A stretch of DNA of 63,474 nt, the filler included, from Octopus bimaculoides (lineage: Eukaryota): NCBI RefSeq assembly GCF_001194135.2. It is 6 parts of 6 records of this genome, joined end to end, with 100 filler letters (N's around TTAATTAATTAA, not from the genome) between each part and the next. Parts side by side here need not be neighbours in the genome. Positions count along the whole stretch, not along the records: positions 1 to 27,354 come from NC_068988.1; 5 more parts are not named here. One strand, written 5' to 3'. This document shows positions 1-10,863 of the stretch, piece by piece. The first letter of the stretch is position 1, and each line of letters opens with the position of its first letter. The notes beneath the pieces are model-generated. The model was not told the origin of the DNA and did no database searches. It worked only from the letters and a program-made list of their open reading frames with translations. The position numbers and the translations under genes were made by a program.

Positions 1-1655
1 TCTTTACAGTTTGGACAGGTGATGCAGTATATGAGATTTTGTGTTTTGCAGTTCATATCTGCATTTATTTTAAAAATAGATCCGTTCTTGAATTTTATGT
101 GGGAACCACTTTCTATGTATTTGTAGTTGTTGGTATTGTTACACGTTCTACATCTCCTATCACCGCATTCTTTTACTACGAATTCTGGTCTAGTCTGATC
201 TGAATTCTGCCCTTGTCAGGTGTTTTTTAAGGTTTTTTAGTTGGCGTCTGCTATTCCGTAAGGTGTTTTTTTTCAATCAGAGTTTTCATCTTAGGGCTTT
301 GAAGGAATATAGGCAAGTTCGATTTTATGACGTGGAATATGTTAGTTATTCCAGGACTGTATGTGTTAATGAACGGAATCGTGTTTTCATTAACTTTTTC
401 CTTTGGTGTCCGTAGTTGGGTGATATTCAGTTTCATCGCCTTTTTAATTCCTTCATTAGTTAGGCCTAAGGAGTATTTTTGTATAGTAAAGAAGCCTTTC
501 AGTTCGTTGAGTCTGGTTTCACGCGTTTTAGGGTCACTTACTATAGCACAGATACGTCTGGCCATGCTGTATAGGATGTTTCCTTTGATGTGTGATGGGT
601 GACAAGAATAGAAGTTTAAATATTGGTGTGTATCGTTTTTTTTTTTTTTTTGTAAAATATGTCTGTTGTGACTGTNNNNNNNNNNNNNGTGACTGTGCAG
701 TTTTGTATTTTTATGTGGATATCCAGGAATGGTAGTTCATTGCAACTGGATTCTGTTGTGAATTTGATGGAAGCGTGAAGTGCGTTTAGTATATTGTTAA
801 ATACATTTAGATCTTCAGTCGATTTTTCCCCAAAAATGAAACAATCATCCAGGAAGCGTTTCCATTTTTTAATGATATGTTTTTTGTATTCTTGGTCAAA
901 AGTCTTTTCCACTTCCTCATAGAGCTTTTCTTCTAAGTATCCCATAACTAAGTTTGCATATGAGGGCGCAAATCGCGTACCCATAGCCGTGCCCTTTATC
1001 TGCCGATATGTTTTGTTATCAAATTTAAAGGTATTTTCCTCTAGCACAAGACGTGTGGCCTTGGTGATGAAGTCAGTCTTGAAGCGATCATTTATCCGTT
1101 CTCTATGTTTTTCCACCCAGTGTTTGATTGCTTCTAGGCTTAAACTGTGAGGTATATTCGTATAGAGATTAGTAACATCAAAACTTGCTAGTATAGTACC
1201 TTCTGCAACAGTGGGGGGAATGTGTTGGATGAAATCTATGCCATCCTGTACATAGCTAGGTATTAATGGGCACAAAGGTTTTATGAGTATATCAAGAAAG
1301 TGACTTAGCTGTTGTGCTGGAGCTTGAGGTCCAGGAACTATTGGCCTTAGTTTGAGGTCAGCAGGTCTTAGTAATTTTACGTATTGGTTCTTCTGCTCAT
1401 TTACGGCATTTTGTATTTCGGGGCTTTTGTGGATTTTAGGCAATCTGTAAAAATTGCTCTCTTTGATAACAGAGTTGCATATATACTCTTTTTCCTTGTC
1501 AATGAAAGAATCTTGGAATTCATTTATTAGCCTTCTGATTTTATTTATTATTGTTTTTTCTGAGTGCCTTGGTTCTTCCTTGTAGTACGTTTCGTTTGTT
1601 AATATTTCCAATATTTTGTCTTTATAATAGTCTTTGTCCATGATAACTATTGCCC
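1..1655 (-). mobile_element. Penelope-like retroelement (PLE), RT plus start of Zn-finger/GIY-YIG region; fragmented, runs off the window at position 1
   Basis: ORF 616-1641 has PLE RT motifs (KIHK, LRPIVPG, FDVTNLYTNIPH, GTAMGTRFAPSYANL, WKRFLDDCF, LPFLDI). ORF 251-565 continues it (ARRICAIVSD). Manual translation of 170->3 gives ECGDRRCRTC...NCKTQNLIYCITCPNCK, the Cys-rich linker and first GIY-YIG strand typical of PLEs. Confidence 0.93.
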
Positions 1656-1822
1656 ATTACGAGTTGGTGGTTGTCTGTATGTTATTTGACAAGTTCGAAA
1701 GACGAACGAAAGCGCTAATATATGTATAAAATAAATGAAAGAAGTTATTCCAAAATTCTGACGACTTTTTTCTTTCAATATTTAATTCTGTACATCACAC
1801 CTAACACTCTACACATATACCC

Positions 1823-2806
1823 TTGGATGTACAAGACGCCAGAATGAATGGAACACAATCAGACTCACAGCCGAGAAACACCAATAATACAGATGAACTC
1901 CTCACAAAAATATCTAATAAGTTAAATTTACTTATTTCAAGACTGGATGCAATCTTCACAAATTCAGATAGAACTATAAATGATACCCATATGGAAGATG
2001 CTCCAATACCAGAGACAAACAACAAGGAAGAAATAAGAACAAACTCACTTGAAGCCACATCTGGAGAAGTACATCAGCATAATACCATAAAATCATATCT
2101 CTGGAAGAAATTCCTGAACCAAAGGAAACATGCATACTGGAAGAGCATTCGATGCAACAATATAGCAAACACCTACCANNNNNNNNNNCAATATCATGAA
2201 AAACTGCAAAAACTATGGAAAGAAGACACAAAGCGGGAAGAAGAGAAATCCATAAAAATGTGGGAAAAACAACAAGAGTGGTTCACTAACTATGAAAACA
2301 ACTATGGAGATAAATCCATTATGAAAACGAAACCGCAACAACAAAGAAATACGAAGAAATCAAAAACAAATATAGACACTAACCCTAGAAGAATTGAAAT
2401 GAGATACCGAACCTCTAATTACCCAAAAACATACGCGGAAATGACCTCCATCTCACCCGGAGTACAAACTAGAAAACCATATCCAACAATACATAACGCT
2501 GCAATTATCCAACAAATGAAATATAGAAGACAGCCATCAACCCATCCGTCCAAACACCATAGATGGATAAATGAAAAGGAAAACAGACCTGAAAGACAAA
2601 TAACATACAGACAACCACCAACTCGTAATAACATGTACCCCAGATGGATGAATACATGGGAAGAAAAACAAATAAAATACAGACAACACAAATACTATAA
2701 TAGGAACAATAATCATGACAACTCAAGAAATACAGGATTTACAACCAAAATTCCCATATATCCTGAATGGGGAAGGAAAAAGCGTGAAAGCCATAACCAC
2801 TCATAA
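1823..2806 (+). pseudogene. Probable N-terminal part of the PLE polyprotein, inverted relative to the RT fragment
   Basis: 327-aa A-rich ORF (contains a short N gap) with KKFLNQRKHAYWKSIRCNNIANTY...LWKEDTKREEEKSIKMWEKQQEWF. From memory this resembles the N-terminal extension of invertebrate PLE ORFs. It shares an exact 33-bp segment with the RT junction at 1656-1688. Confidence 0.6.
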
Positions 2807-2923
2807 TAAGGAGTAGTGGTGGAATGTCTTAGTGAAAAACTCAATAAAATGTAAACATTATCAGACCTGCAGTATGGTAGACATTCCACCAGTACACTTT
2901 TTTATTATGAGTGGTTATGGCTT
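2788..2923. repeat. Imperfect inverted repeat (hairpin), arms about 42-45 bp, 49-nt loop
   Basis: AGCCATAACCACTCATAATAA...GGTGGAATGTCT (2788-2829) versus AGACATTCCACC...TTATTATGAGTGGTTATGGCTT (2879-2923). Confidence 0.9.
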
Positions 2924-2930
2924 CTATCAT

Positions 2931-2987
2931 ACTGTAGGCGTATATGCCATATTTCGGTAGTTTCTGCCCCTTCATCATATATCCAGT
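2931..2987 (-). ncRNA. Degenerate type-I hammerhead ribozyme
   Basis: Minus strand reads ACTGGATAT-ATGATGA-AGGGGCAGAAACTACC-GAA-ATATGGCATAT-A-CGCCTACAGT. Core C3 is replaced by A. Helix III is identical to the copy at 3042-3113. Stem I pairs poorly. Confidence 0.6.
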
Positions 2988-3041
2988 AGCTATACACCAC
3001 TTTATATAGTAGATATTTAAGAAATGTGTTCGAAGGTGATT

Positions 3042-3113
3042 AATGGGTTAGATGGACGCTGATGAAGGGTCAACCCCTCCCCCGAAATATGGCATATACG
3101 TCCATTACCCATT
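3042..3113 (+). ncRNA. Type-I hammerhead ribozyme, intact core
   Basis: AATGGGT-TAG-ATGGACG|CTGATGA|A-GGG...CCC|GAA|ATAT-GGC-ATAT|A|CGTCCAT-T-ACCCATT. Stem I is 7+7 bp with a bulge, the core is CUGAUGA/GAAA, and predicted cleavage is AUA after 3098. Confidence 0.88.
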
Positions 3114-3663
3114 TTTTCCTCTTCGATCACATTGTTTGTTTACATCTGACGTCTCGTATGCGAAACGTAGCAACAAAAACCAGTGCTAGCTATAATTTCT
3201 ATAGAATATCTGTAGAGATAACCTTAACAAAGTAATGTAAAGTGCACTGCTAACGCAGTAGAACGCGGTATTGACTTATAAAAACGTTTAATATACTTTA
3301 TAGTATACGATGGTTGCATAACAAAATACCACGTACCTACAAGTCATCAATATATTTAATTTATTAATTTCACGGGCGCACGCACATACACACGTTTATG
3401 TATTCACATATATGTATAAATAAGCGCGTATATGTATACACACGCATGCATACACACACATACATACACACACATACATACACACACACACACACATACA
3501 TACACACACACATACATACACACACACATACATACACATACATCACTCTTTTAAGTTATCGCGCAGATTTTCTATAGAAATTAGAGCCAGTATCGAAAGT
3601 TACGACGTTTCGTATACGAATACGTCTACATAAGCTATGCGATCGAAAACAGGAAAGTAGACA

Positions 3664-3713
3664 ATGAATGTATATGCATATTTCAGGAGTAATTTGTCCT
3701 TCTTCAGCATCAT
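3664..3713 (-). ncRNA. Type-I hammerhead ribozyme, intact core
   Basis: Minus strand reads ATGATG|CTGAAGA|AGGA-CAAATTAC-TCCT|GAA|ATATGCATAT|A|CATTCAT. Helix III is a perfect palindrome and predicted cleavage is AUA at position 3671. Confidence 0.88.
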
Positions 3714-6024
3714 ATCTAATCCATTAACCATCCATGGACACATTGCTTAAATAAAAGGCCACTAAATTTATCGGTGTACCTCAAATGGATAGAACAATTT
3801 ACATATTAAACACACTCCTGGTAACGGGTACGTACATATTAATTGCTGATAAGAACACCATATTTCGTTTTGCAATCATATTATACAACCAGGTAATTTA
3901 AAGGTTTATAAGTCAATATTATATCCTACTTGTATTAGCAGTGCGATTCAATCACAGTCTTGATTTAGAAGCCTGGTAGTATATTATGGTTGCAAGGGTA
4001 GGAATCCTCGACCAACTTTTGTTCTCCAACATGCAGGCGCATATTTTTAGTAGTTCCATTCTCCTAGCTTTTGACAAATTCGCTGGAGTAGAATACTTCT
4101 CTCTGTATCCTCACCTTCATTTCCAAGTGAAACCAATAGAGACTTAACTCAAAATGAAGGTGTCTGCCATCAATCCTTTCAGCCTCGTTCCCCACACAAT
4201 CACTTTTACCATTGCCATTAGACATAGGATCACCGCCTGACTCACATTTTTGAAGGTGGATGGTGCGGGAATCCGTCCTACATGTCTCAAAAGTTGTTCG
4301 TCATAATTCATAAAGCAGCTATGCTTAGCCATTGCACGAGTGCGTGCAGTATAGTTTCGTCGCTCTGTGTGCATCTCGAAGAGTCACACCCGTCATCAAT
4401 TCCGTACCTACAGAGTTTATCTCAAACCAGTAATGCCCTAACAAAATTTTAAAAACCAGCTTACCGTACTATCGACATTTAGACAGCGTTTCTATATCAA
4501 AAGAAATGCCAAATTCGATAATAAAGTATTAACAACAGTTCAAAATGTCGGCGATATTCCATCGATATGGAATATCAAGTATACCAAGTTTATTATAAAA
4601 TATTTCTGTTGTCGTTCTTTAAATCTTTTCTGTATTGAATACTGTTATTTGTTTTGTTGTTTTACAAAGTACGAGCAAACATACTGACGAGCCAACTTTC
4701 ATGAGCATTTCAGAAATAAATATAGTGAAAGACGCGAATTAGAATTTGTGTGGATAATGTTGTCAAATGACTGAGATCGTGATTAATGGGTATCAATCAC
4801 GCTCATGATACTATTACATCTTATCAGCGGGTTATTATTATCTAAAAAGTTATTCCTCAAAGAGATCGTAATAAACGGCTACCATTGTATTTAAGTCTAA
4901 ATTTTTTAATAATCTAAATCTATACGGAGAAGAGCATATCAATGGATATTAGAAAACAAAATCAGTTTAATTAATTTAAGAACATTTAATCAATAACCTG
5001 AACAATAATAGAACGTGTTATTCACATACAGCAATAACACTGTTTTGCTGGCCCACCGTCCTGCTAATGTGTCCTCGATTCGAATTCGTTTAATTAACTT
5101 CTAAATAGATCTTACTAGGTACCATTCATTTGCCTCGATTTTTTTATTTGCGTGAAACCAAAACGACTTAAACATTTGTTGTGTGACACATAACCTAATT
5201 TGTGTGACACATAACCTAATTTGTTCGATCAATGAAAATTATACTTAAATTAGATATACCATATATACTCGTGTAACAGACGAATTTTTTAGACCATTTT
5301 TAAGGTCAAATTTATGGATCGACTATTACATGGATAGTACTTTTGAGGGGCTGAAATTCAAGCTAGAATCCGAAGTACCGTATCAGCAGCAGAAGCCCAA
5401 CAGATCTCTAAGCGAATAAAAAACAAAAACACAATGAATTACAGTAATATTACCAATTCTATGCATCGAAACACACGTCCTAGTAAATAACAAAACCCAT
5501 AAACAAGACCACGTAGCTCTTATAAATATTTACACTTTCTATTTTATCCATCAAACTTAACAGACTAGCTGAGCGAAATCAATTTATATCTCATAATTAT
5601 GTTATATTACTACCGGTAACATATCTACCCAGTACCGGCGTGCCGCTACCTACCGTAATGCGGTGCATACAACTTATACTACTTGGCGTGTTTCACATCA
5701 TATAACTCTTCAATAACGTTACACTATTTTCATATACATGGTTAAAGTCACACTCATCACAAGTATATTATGGCACAAGTGTATTAGTGGTGCATTTTTA
5801 TTTCTAACTAATTAAATGCAACTTAATGTTTTAAATACCGAAACTGATAAAGGAAGCAGAAGCTCAACACCACTTTCCACCACCAACAGTCTTCACCGAA
5901 AACGTTTTCTTCTTCGTGGCTGGATTAGAGACTACCGTACCAATTTCTTTTTTGCATTTTTATTTTTTATATATTCAGTGAAGCTTAAGGTCCAAAATAT
6001 TAAAAAATATCAAAATAATTAAGT

Positions 6025-6115
6025 CCTTTCTATCATAGGCACAAGGCCTAAAATTGGGGGGGGGGGCTGTCGATTAGATCGACTCCAGTACACAACAGGT
6101 ATTTTATTTATCGAA
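6025..6115 (-). mobile_element. SINE 3' fragment, same family as 43358-43514
   Basis: TCCTTTCTATCATAGGCACAAGGCC...GGGG...GTCGATTAGATCGACTCCAGT...GGTATTTTATTTATCGA matches blocks in the copies at 39000-39800 and 43358. Confidence 0.7.
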
Positions 6116-6319
6116 CAAAATAGTTAATAATGTCAATAAAAACCAATAAATTATCAAATTTTTATTTATGCAAACAAAAAGTGAAGTAGAAATTTACGGT
6201 AATACAGCTTTAAATTACAATTACAGTAGATGGTACATATTAAACATTTTACACGCAAAATTAAAATCTTAAAAAATTACACTGTCCATCATGTTCAGCA
6301 CTGAATAAAGCTTCATAAT

Positions 6320-7545
6320 CGTTAGGATGAATGATATCATCGTAAGGATTCTCTTCATCTTCATCTTCGCTGTTAGGGGCAGCATATCATTCACTTCTTC
6401 GTCATTCATGTCATCCCATACACAATCGTCTTCTGTACCATCCAATGCATTCGAAATTCCACATTTCTTAAATGATCTGACAACAGTTTCAACTTCTATT
6501 TCCTTCCATGAATCAACGCTCTATCCACAGATCAGAGGCAATGATGGAGCCCACCTGCTGCTTCCTTTCGGGTACGCTTTTTCACCATCACGCATCCAGT
6601 TATTTCACTTGATTCTCATCATGTTCTTAAATGGCTTATGGTTGTAAAATACTTGTAAGTCCGCCGGGAATTACAACTATATCAGTATTTTGTCACTGGA
6701 GGCTATTAACAATATTCTTCTCTAGATATACCCTAAACTGATCCCACACGAGCAAACTCTCTTCCTTTCGTAGTCCACCAGGTCATAAACTCCCTTTATC
6801 TGTTTTCTACATCTACCTTTATCCATCCACCCTTGTGGATGCACATGGATGACAATTCCTTTTGGAAATTTCTCCTTCGGCACAGTTATTTTTCTCTCTT
6901 AAAAATAACCATGGGTTTTAATTTAGAACCGTCAGCGATACATGAAAGAACTAAAGTAACCTTACTTTACTCGTGGCCAGGGGTTCTCATGAATACTGTT
7001 TTTCTCCTTTTTGATTCACAGTTTTATTCTCTGGCATATCAAGAGTAACAGGCGTTTCGTTCACGTTCCCAATAAATGATAATGCATACCCTTCTTTCTG
7101 CTGTTTTCTGATTACAAACCGATGAAACTCTATTATTTTATCATCTAGATCAGCAGGCAGATTTTGTGCTATCTTAGTTCTCTGCCGAAGTATTAAGTCA
7201 TAACGTCTCATGAACCTAGTGCATCATCCAACACTTGCTTTAAAATCTGAAATTTCATCCTTCTTTGATTCCTTTGGTGCATGAATTTGAGTGGCTTCAC
7301 GAGTACCACACTTTCCATTTTAACGATTTTCAAGTACACACTCTACAACTTTTTCTCCAATTCTGACCACTTGTAGCACAGTTTGTTAGATATCTTTTTC
7401 CAGTCTCTCACACGTTTCTCTGAGACATAAAATTATCTTGCTGCTACACAGTTATTTGTCTTCTCAGCAACTTCAATAACTTTTAGTTTAATGCTGTTGT
7501 ATATTTGTTGTTTTTGTTTTTTTTTTTTCTTGAGGGCATCTTTAC
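6320..7545 (-). mobile_element. Decayed pogo-family (POGK-like) DNA transposase
   Basis: Frameshifted minus-strand translation gives a Brinker-type DNA-binding start (KLKVIEVAEKTNNCVAAR...VSEKRVRDWKK), a CENP-B HTH (FKASVGW..RFMRRYDLILRQRTKIAQNLP), DDE region (ETPVTLDMP, TLVLSCIADGSKLKPMVIFK, VVIPGGLTSILQP) and an acidic tail (SFKKCGISNALDGTEDD). TIRs were not identified. Confidence 0.88.
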
Positions 7546-8199
7546 GTAAAATGACAGAGAAATTTTAAACCCTCAACTATACTGCTGTATTCCATGGGTG
7601 CTATACGGAAATTGAAGTTAAGCTAGGCTTCAAAGAGACATTATAACCTGACTATGACCTGATTTTTTTTAAATCCCAACTTTGATCTAATATTTTAAAA
7701 TTTTCACGCCAAATTCCTTCATTGCCCTCTGTTTTCTCACCTACTTGTTTAACGTTTAAATTGCCAAAGCAGTTTAAGCTATTTTTCTCTGATAAAAGTT
7801 ATCGGTTCGACTGCATACATTTCCATAGATCATTGTAGCTGGGTGGAATCGACAAAAGCTGCACGTTAAATCGAATCCTGCATTAAAGTAGAAAGGAATA
7901 TCGGCACAAATTATGTTATGCCATGAAACAAGAGCTGTAATTAAAAAAAAAAAAAGATCAGTATGAAACTTACAGTAATAATATAACGTTAATGCATTTC
8001 AGCCTAGGTGCTATCGTATTCACGCTGACGGACAGTTGCCATTTCGTGGATTGCATTAGCCACATGATTCTTATACGGTAAACGGTGTGTTGTGTTGTGT
8101 GTATATGTTGTCCGCTGCAGAAATGAAAAAAAGTTGCAAGATAACACGTACAGTTACCAGTAAATGTCCATAATATTGTGTAGAGTTGTTAATCTGGAG

Positions 8200-8318
8200 C
8201 AGGGATTCCCAAAGTGTGTTATGCAAAACCCCAGGGTTCCCTGAAAGCTATCAGAGGTTCCACGTTTTTAAAAATAATGTCGAAGAATTCTGCGGCAAAA
8301 AAGGTTTGGGAACCACTG
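8200..8318. mobile_element. hAT (Charlie-like) MITE
   Basis: TIRs CAGGGATTCCCAAA / TTTGGGAACCACTG. The 8-bp flanks ATCTGGAG (8192-8199) and ATCTAGCG (8319-8326) match at 6/8 and resemble the nTCTAGAn target of Charlie elements. Confidence 0.85.
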
Positions 8319-8630
8319 ATCTAGCGATTAACTAAATGCTTTTAAGCTTACCGAAGTCATGCCTCTGTACGAATTCATACAGTGGTGTTTGCTGTTGTTC
8401 GCCGATAGAGCTGTCTGTGAAACACGTTTCTCACCATATAAATAGATGAGCGTAAGACGCATGTGTATATGAAGATGAGAAAGAATATAAAGGTTGCATG
8501 GGAACCACTGATCTATCGATTAATTGAATGTTTTTAGGCTTACCAAAGTCATGCCTTTGTACGAATTCAGACAGTGGCATTCGCCAGTGTTCGCCAATAG
8601 TGCTGTCTCTGGAACACGTTTCTCACCGTA
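8307..8630 (+). repeat. Local direct duplication of about 132 bp (8307-8438 and 8499-8630), including the right TIR end of the MITE
   Basis: Both copies read TGGGAACCACTGATCTA.CGATTAA...CTTACC.AAGTCATGCCT.TGTACGAATTCA.ACAGTGG...AACACGTTTCTCACC; about 80% identical by eye. Confidence 0.88.
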
Positions 8631-8809
8631 TGATTTTAGCTTGAACTCTTTTTTTGAGGTGCTTTCTCTTGTTTCTTATCTCTTGGTCATCCTAGGGGAG
8701 ACGTTTATTAGTTCTTGATTTTATGGGTATGGTTTCTTTTGCAGCTTCTGTGTGGGACATTATAAAATTATTATATGCTGTGTTGGAAAAGAAGATCGAT
8801 CGGCTATCT

Positions 8810-9510
8810 GGCTCACAAAATAACTGATGTAGACTATGCTGATGATCTAGCCTTGTGCTCTAACACAGTATCAAACTCCAATCAGTTATTTCATAGTGTA
8901 GAATTAAGCTGAACATGATGCTAATCCTAGTAAGCTCATTGCTCACAAAAAATAACAGAGACCTCATCAATCAAGTTGATGATTTCATGTACCTTCGTTA
9001 TGAGATAGCCTCAAGTGAAAAAGATGTAAAAACTCAGAGTACCCAAAACTTGGTTGGCCCTAAATAAACTGGACGCTGTCTGGAAATCAATCTTGTCAGA
9101 TAATCTTAAGAGGAATCTTTTCCGTTCGGCGGTAGAGTCAATCCTTTTATGTGGGGCAACAGACTAGACGCTTACTAAAACAAAAACTGGGATCCAAGCC
9201 TAATGGAATGTTAAGAGCAGTCTTAAACATATCTTGAGGAACTCATCTCACCAAAAACCAGCTGTATGGAGGTCTTATGCCTGTTTCCACCATTATAAGG
9301 GAAAGGTGCTTGTGCTTTGCAGGACATTGCTGGCGAGTGACCTACTACTATGGATGTCAAAGCATGGCCGTACTCGAGCAGGTTGTATGACACAACGTAT
9401 GTAGTTGAACTCACCATTAGACACTGGATGCCCTCCGAATACCATCCTCAACTAATGCAGGACTTAAGATGGTTGACATGCAAGCTCGACCAGATGGTGA
9501 TGATTTCCAT
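8810..9510 (+). mobile_element. RTE-clade LINE 3' remnant
   Basis: Translation fragments ITDVDYADDLALCSNT (YADD), VDDFMYL, LALNKLDAVWKS, LFRSAVESILLCGA, MLRAVLNIS, HCWR; multiple stops and frameshifts. Confidence 0.82.
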
Positions 9511-9799
9511 CTCAAAAGAGCAAACTAAATTAACCATTTCTTCCCTACTTCCTGCCTGTCTATCAATGATGTTACCAAATCTTTAAATCAGTAATGTTCC
9601 TCTCTATGATGCTGTGTCCACATGATTTTTCAGGAGAGTCGCTTCTTAGTCTACTCCGGGAAAGATATTGGAGTGAATAGGAGAACGAGGAAGCAGCCTA
9701 TAGGCCCCACTTATACCTATCTCTCACCTCTTGGACCTGTAGCTTCTAATTACATCACACATGTCCTGAGCAGCATGTCCTGAATGTTCTCTTTCTGCT

Positions 9800-10600
9800 C
9801 AACTCCCAATCAACTCCGGTGCTCCCCAGAGTTCACCTTTGTTCTTTACCACCCTCCTTCTGTATATGAATTCTGATACTTCCAAAATCCACTTTTATGA
9901 ATATAACATGAATATTCATTCCTTCACCATTTTCCCTAACCCTGTATTATCTACATACAACCTAGACATCCCATGCCAAACTTGCACTGACTCTGTAAAT
10001 GGAGACCTTGAGAGCATCTTCCATCGGAGCCATGACAAACGCGTCTGTTTTAGCAGCATAACAACTCAGGTACTACGCGTATCAAGAAAATACCACCGCA
10101 CCACACTCCTCTAAACATAAGTAGCATTCAACTAGAGACCTCACAATCACTCGAAATACTGTTCTTTACAATCACTAATGAGGTCCCCTATCGTAAGTGC
10201 ATCCTTAGTAGAGTTAGAACCTCATTCCAAAACTGGCTCTTTTCATTAAACCTAGAATATATTTCAACTTGCAACAGCTGCTGATACTTTACCACCTCAA
10301 GGGATGCTCACAATAGAGTACTGCTCCCACATTTGAGACTGGACTGCTGTTGCGATCACTGACATCCTGGATCACATCCAGAGAAAGATCAGTCAACAGA
10401 TTGACACTCCCAACACTTGTCTACAAGCATGCTATGTCTTTTGTATTGCATCAATAATATTGCTTGTTTCTCAGAGCTGTCTTGTCTTATGCTTCCATAC
10501 TCAGGCACCTCCAACCCAATTGTCTCTCCACATTTCAATACCCTTGTTGTGTCCACCCCCTGCCCCTTGGGCACAAACTACTGTGCATAATCCTTCATCC
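9800..10600 (+). mobile_element. CR1/L2-like LINE RT remnant, heavily decayed
   Basis: INSGAPQSSPLFFTTLLLYMN resembles the RT motif NSGVPQGSVLGPTLFLLYIN. IEYCSHIW...ILDHIQRKI resembles the post-RT motif EYCSxxW...LDRIQRRA. Confidence 0.7.
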
Positions 10601-10826
10601 TAAAAATATCAGCCTTCTAGAATCTCCTCTTTCCTCATGTCTTTCTTGGTGGTTTTGATCAGCAACAGTTTGAATGGAACATTGGCAGCATCAAACTGGC
10701 CTGACTTCAAGAGCCTGAAAGAATCATAACCATATAGAGATAAGATGTGTTTGATGGAAGGCGATAGGATGATGGGTTGGAAAAAATGTCTATGAACCAT
10801 ATATATATATACATACATACACACAC

Positions 10827-10860
<34 letters not shown>

Positions 10861-10863
<3 letters not shown>

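Larger units (their letters stand above)
2980..3790. mobile_element. Old foldback element; diverged inverted arms about 2980-3232 and 3545-3790, each carrying a hammerhead
   Basis: The reverse complement of 3545-3790 aligns by eye with 2980-3232. Shared blocks include ATTTAAG.AATGTGT, TTAATGG.TTAGAT, GCTGA.GAAGG, GAAATATG, TTCGATC, CGAAACGT, TAATTTCTATAGAA. The spacer contains a CA/CATA microsatellite. Confidence 0.8.

Noticed and set aside
3145-3175. CTGACG...CGAAACGTAG, possible extra hammerhead remnant in the foldback arm
   Set aside because: The CUGANGA core is incomplete in both arms; only GAAACGT is conserved.
4100-4410. Complex, GC-richer patch that might be a minus-strand exon (includes NGNGKS)
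   Set aside because: No single frame stays open between the plausible acceptor and donor, and the Walker A-like resemblance is too weak.
4684-4727. CTGACGA...GAAA hammerhead-like spacing
   Set aside because: Helix II does not close next to GAAA and stem I needs a bulge; compatible with chance.
5180-5221. 21-bp exact tandem duplication
   Set aside because: Ordinary slippage product with no further structure.
6191-8080. TACGGTA motifs as pogo TIRs
   Set aside because: Both occurrences are in the same orientation and no matching inverted partner of convincing length flanks the transposase.
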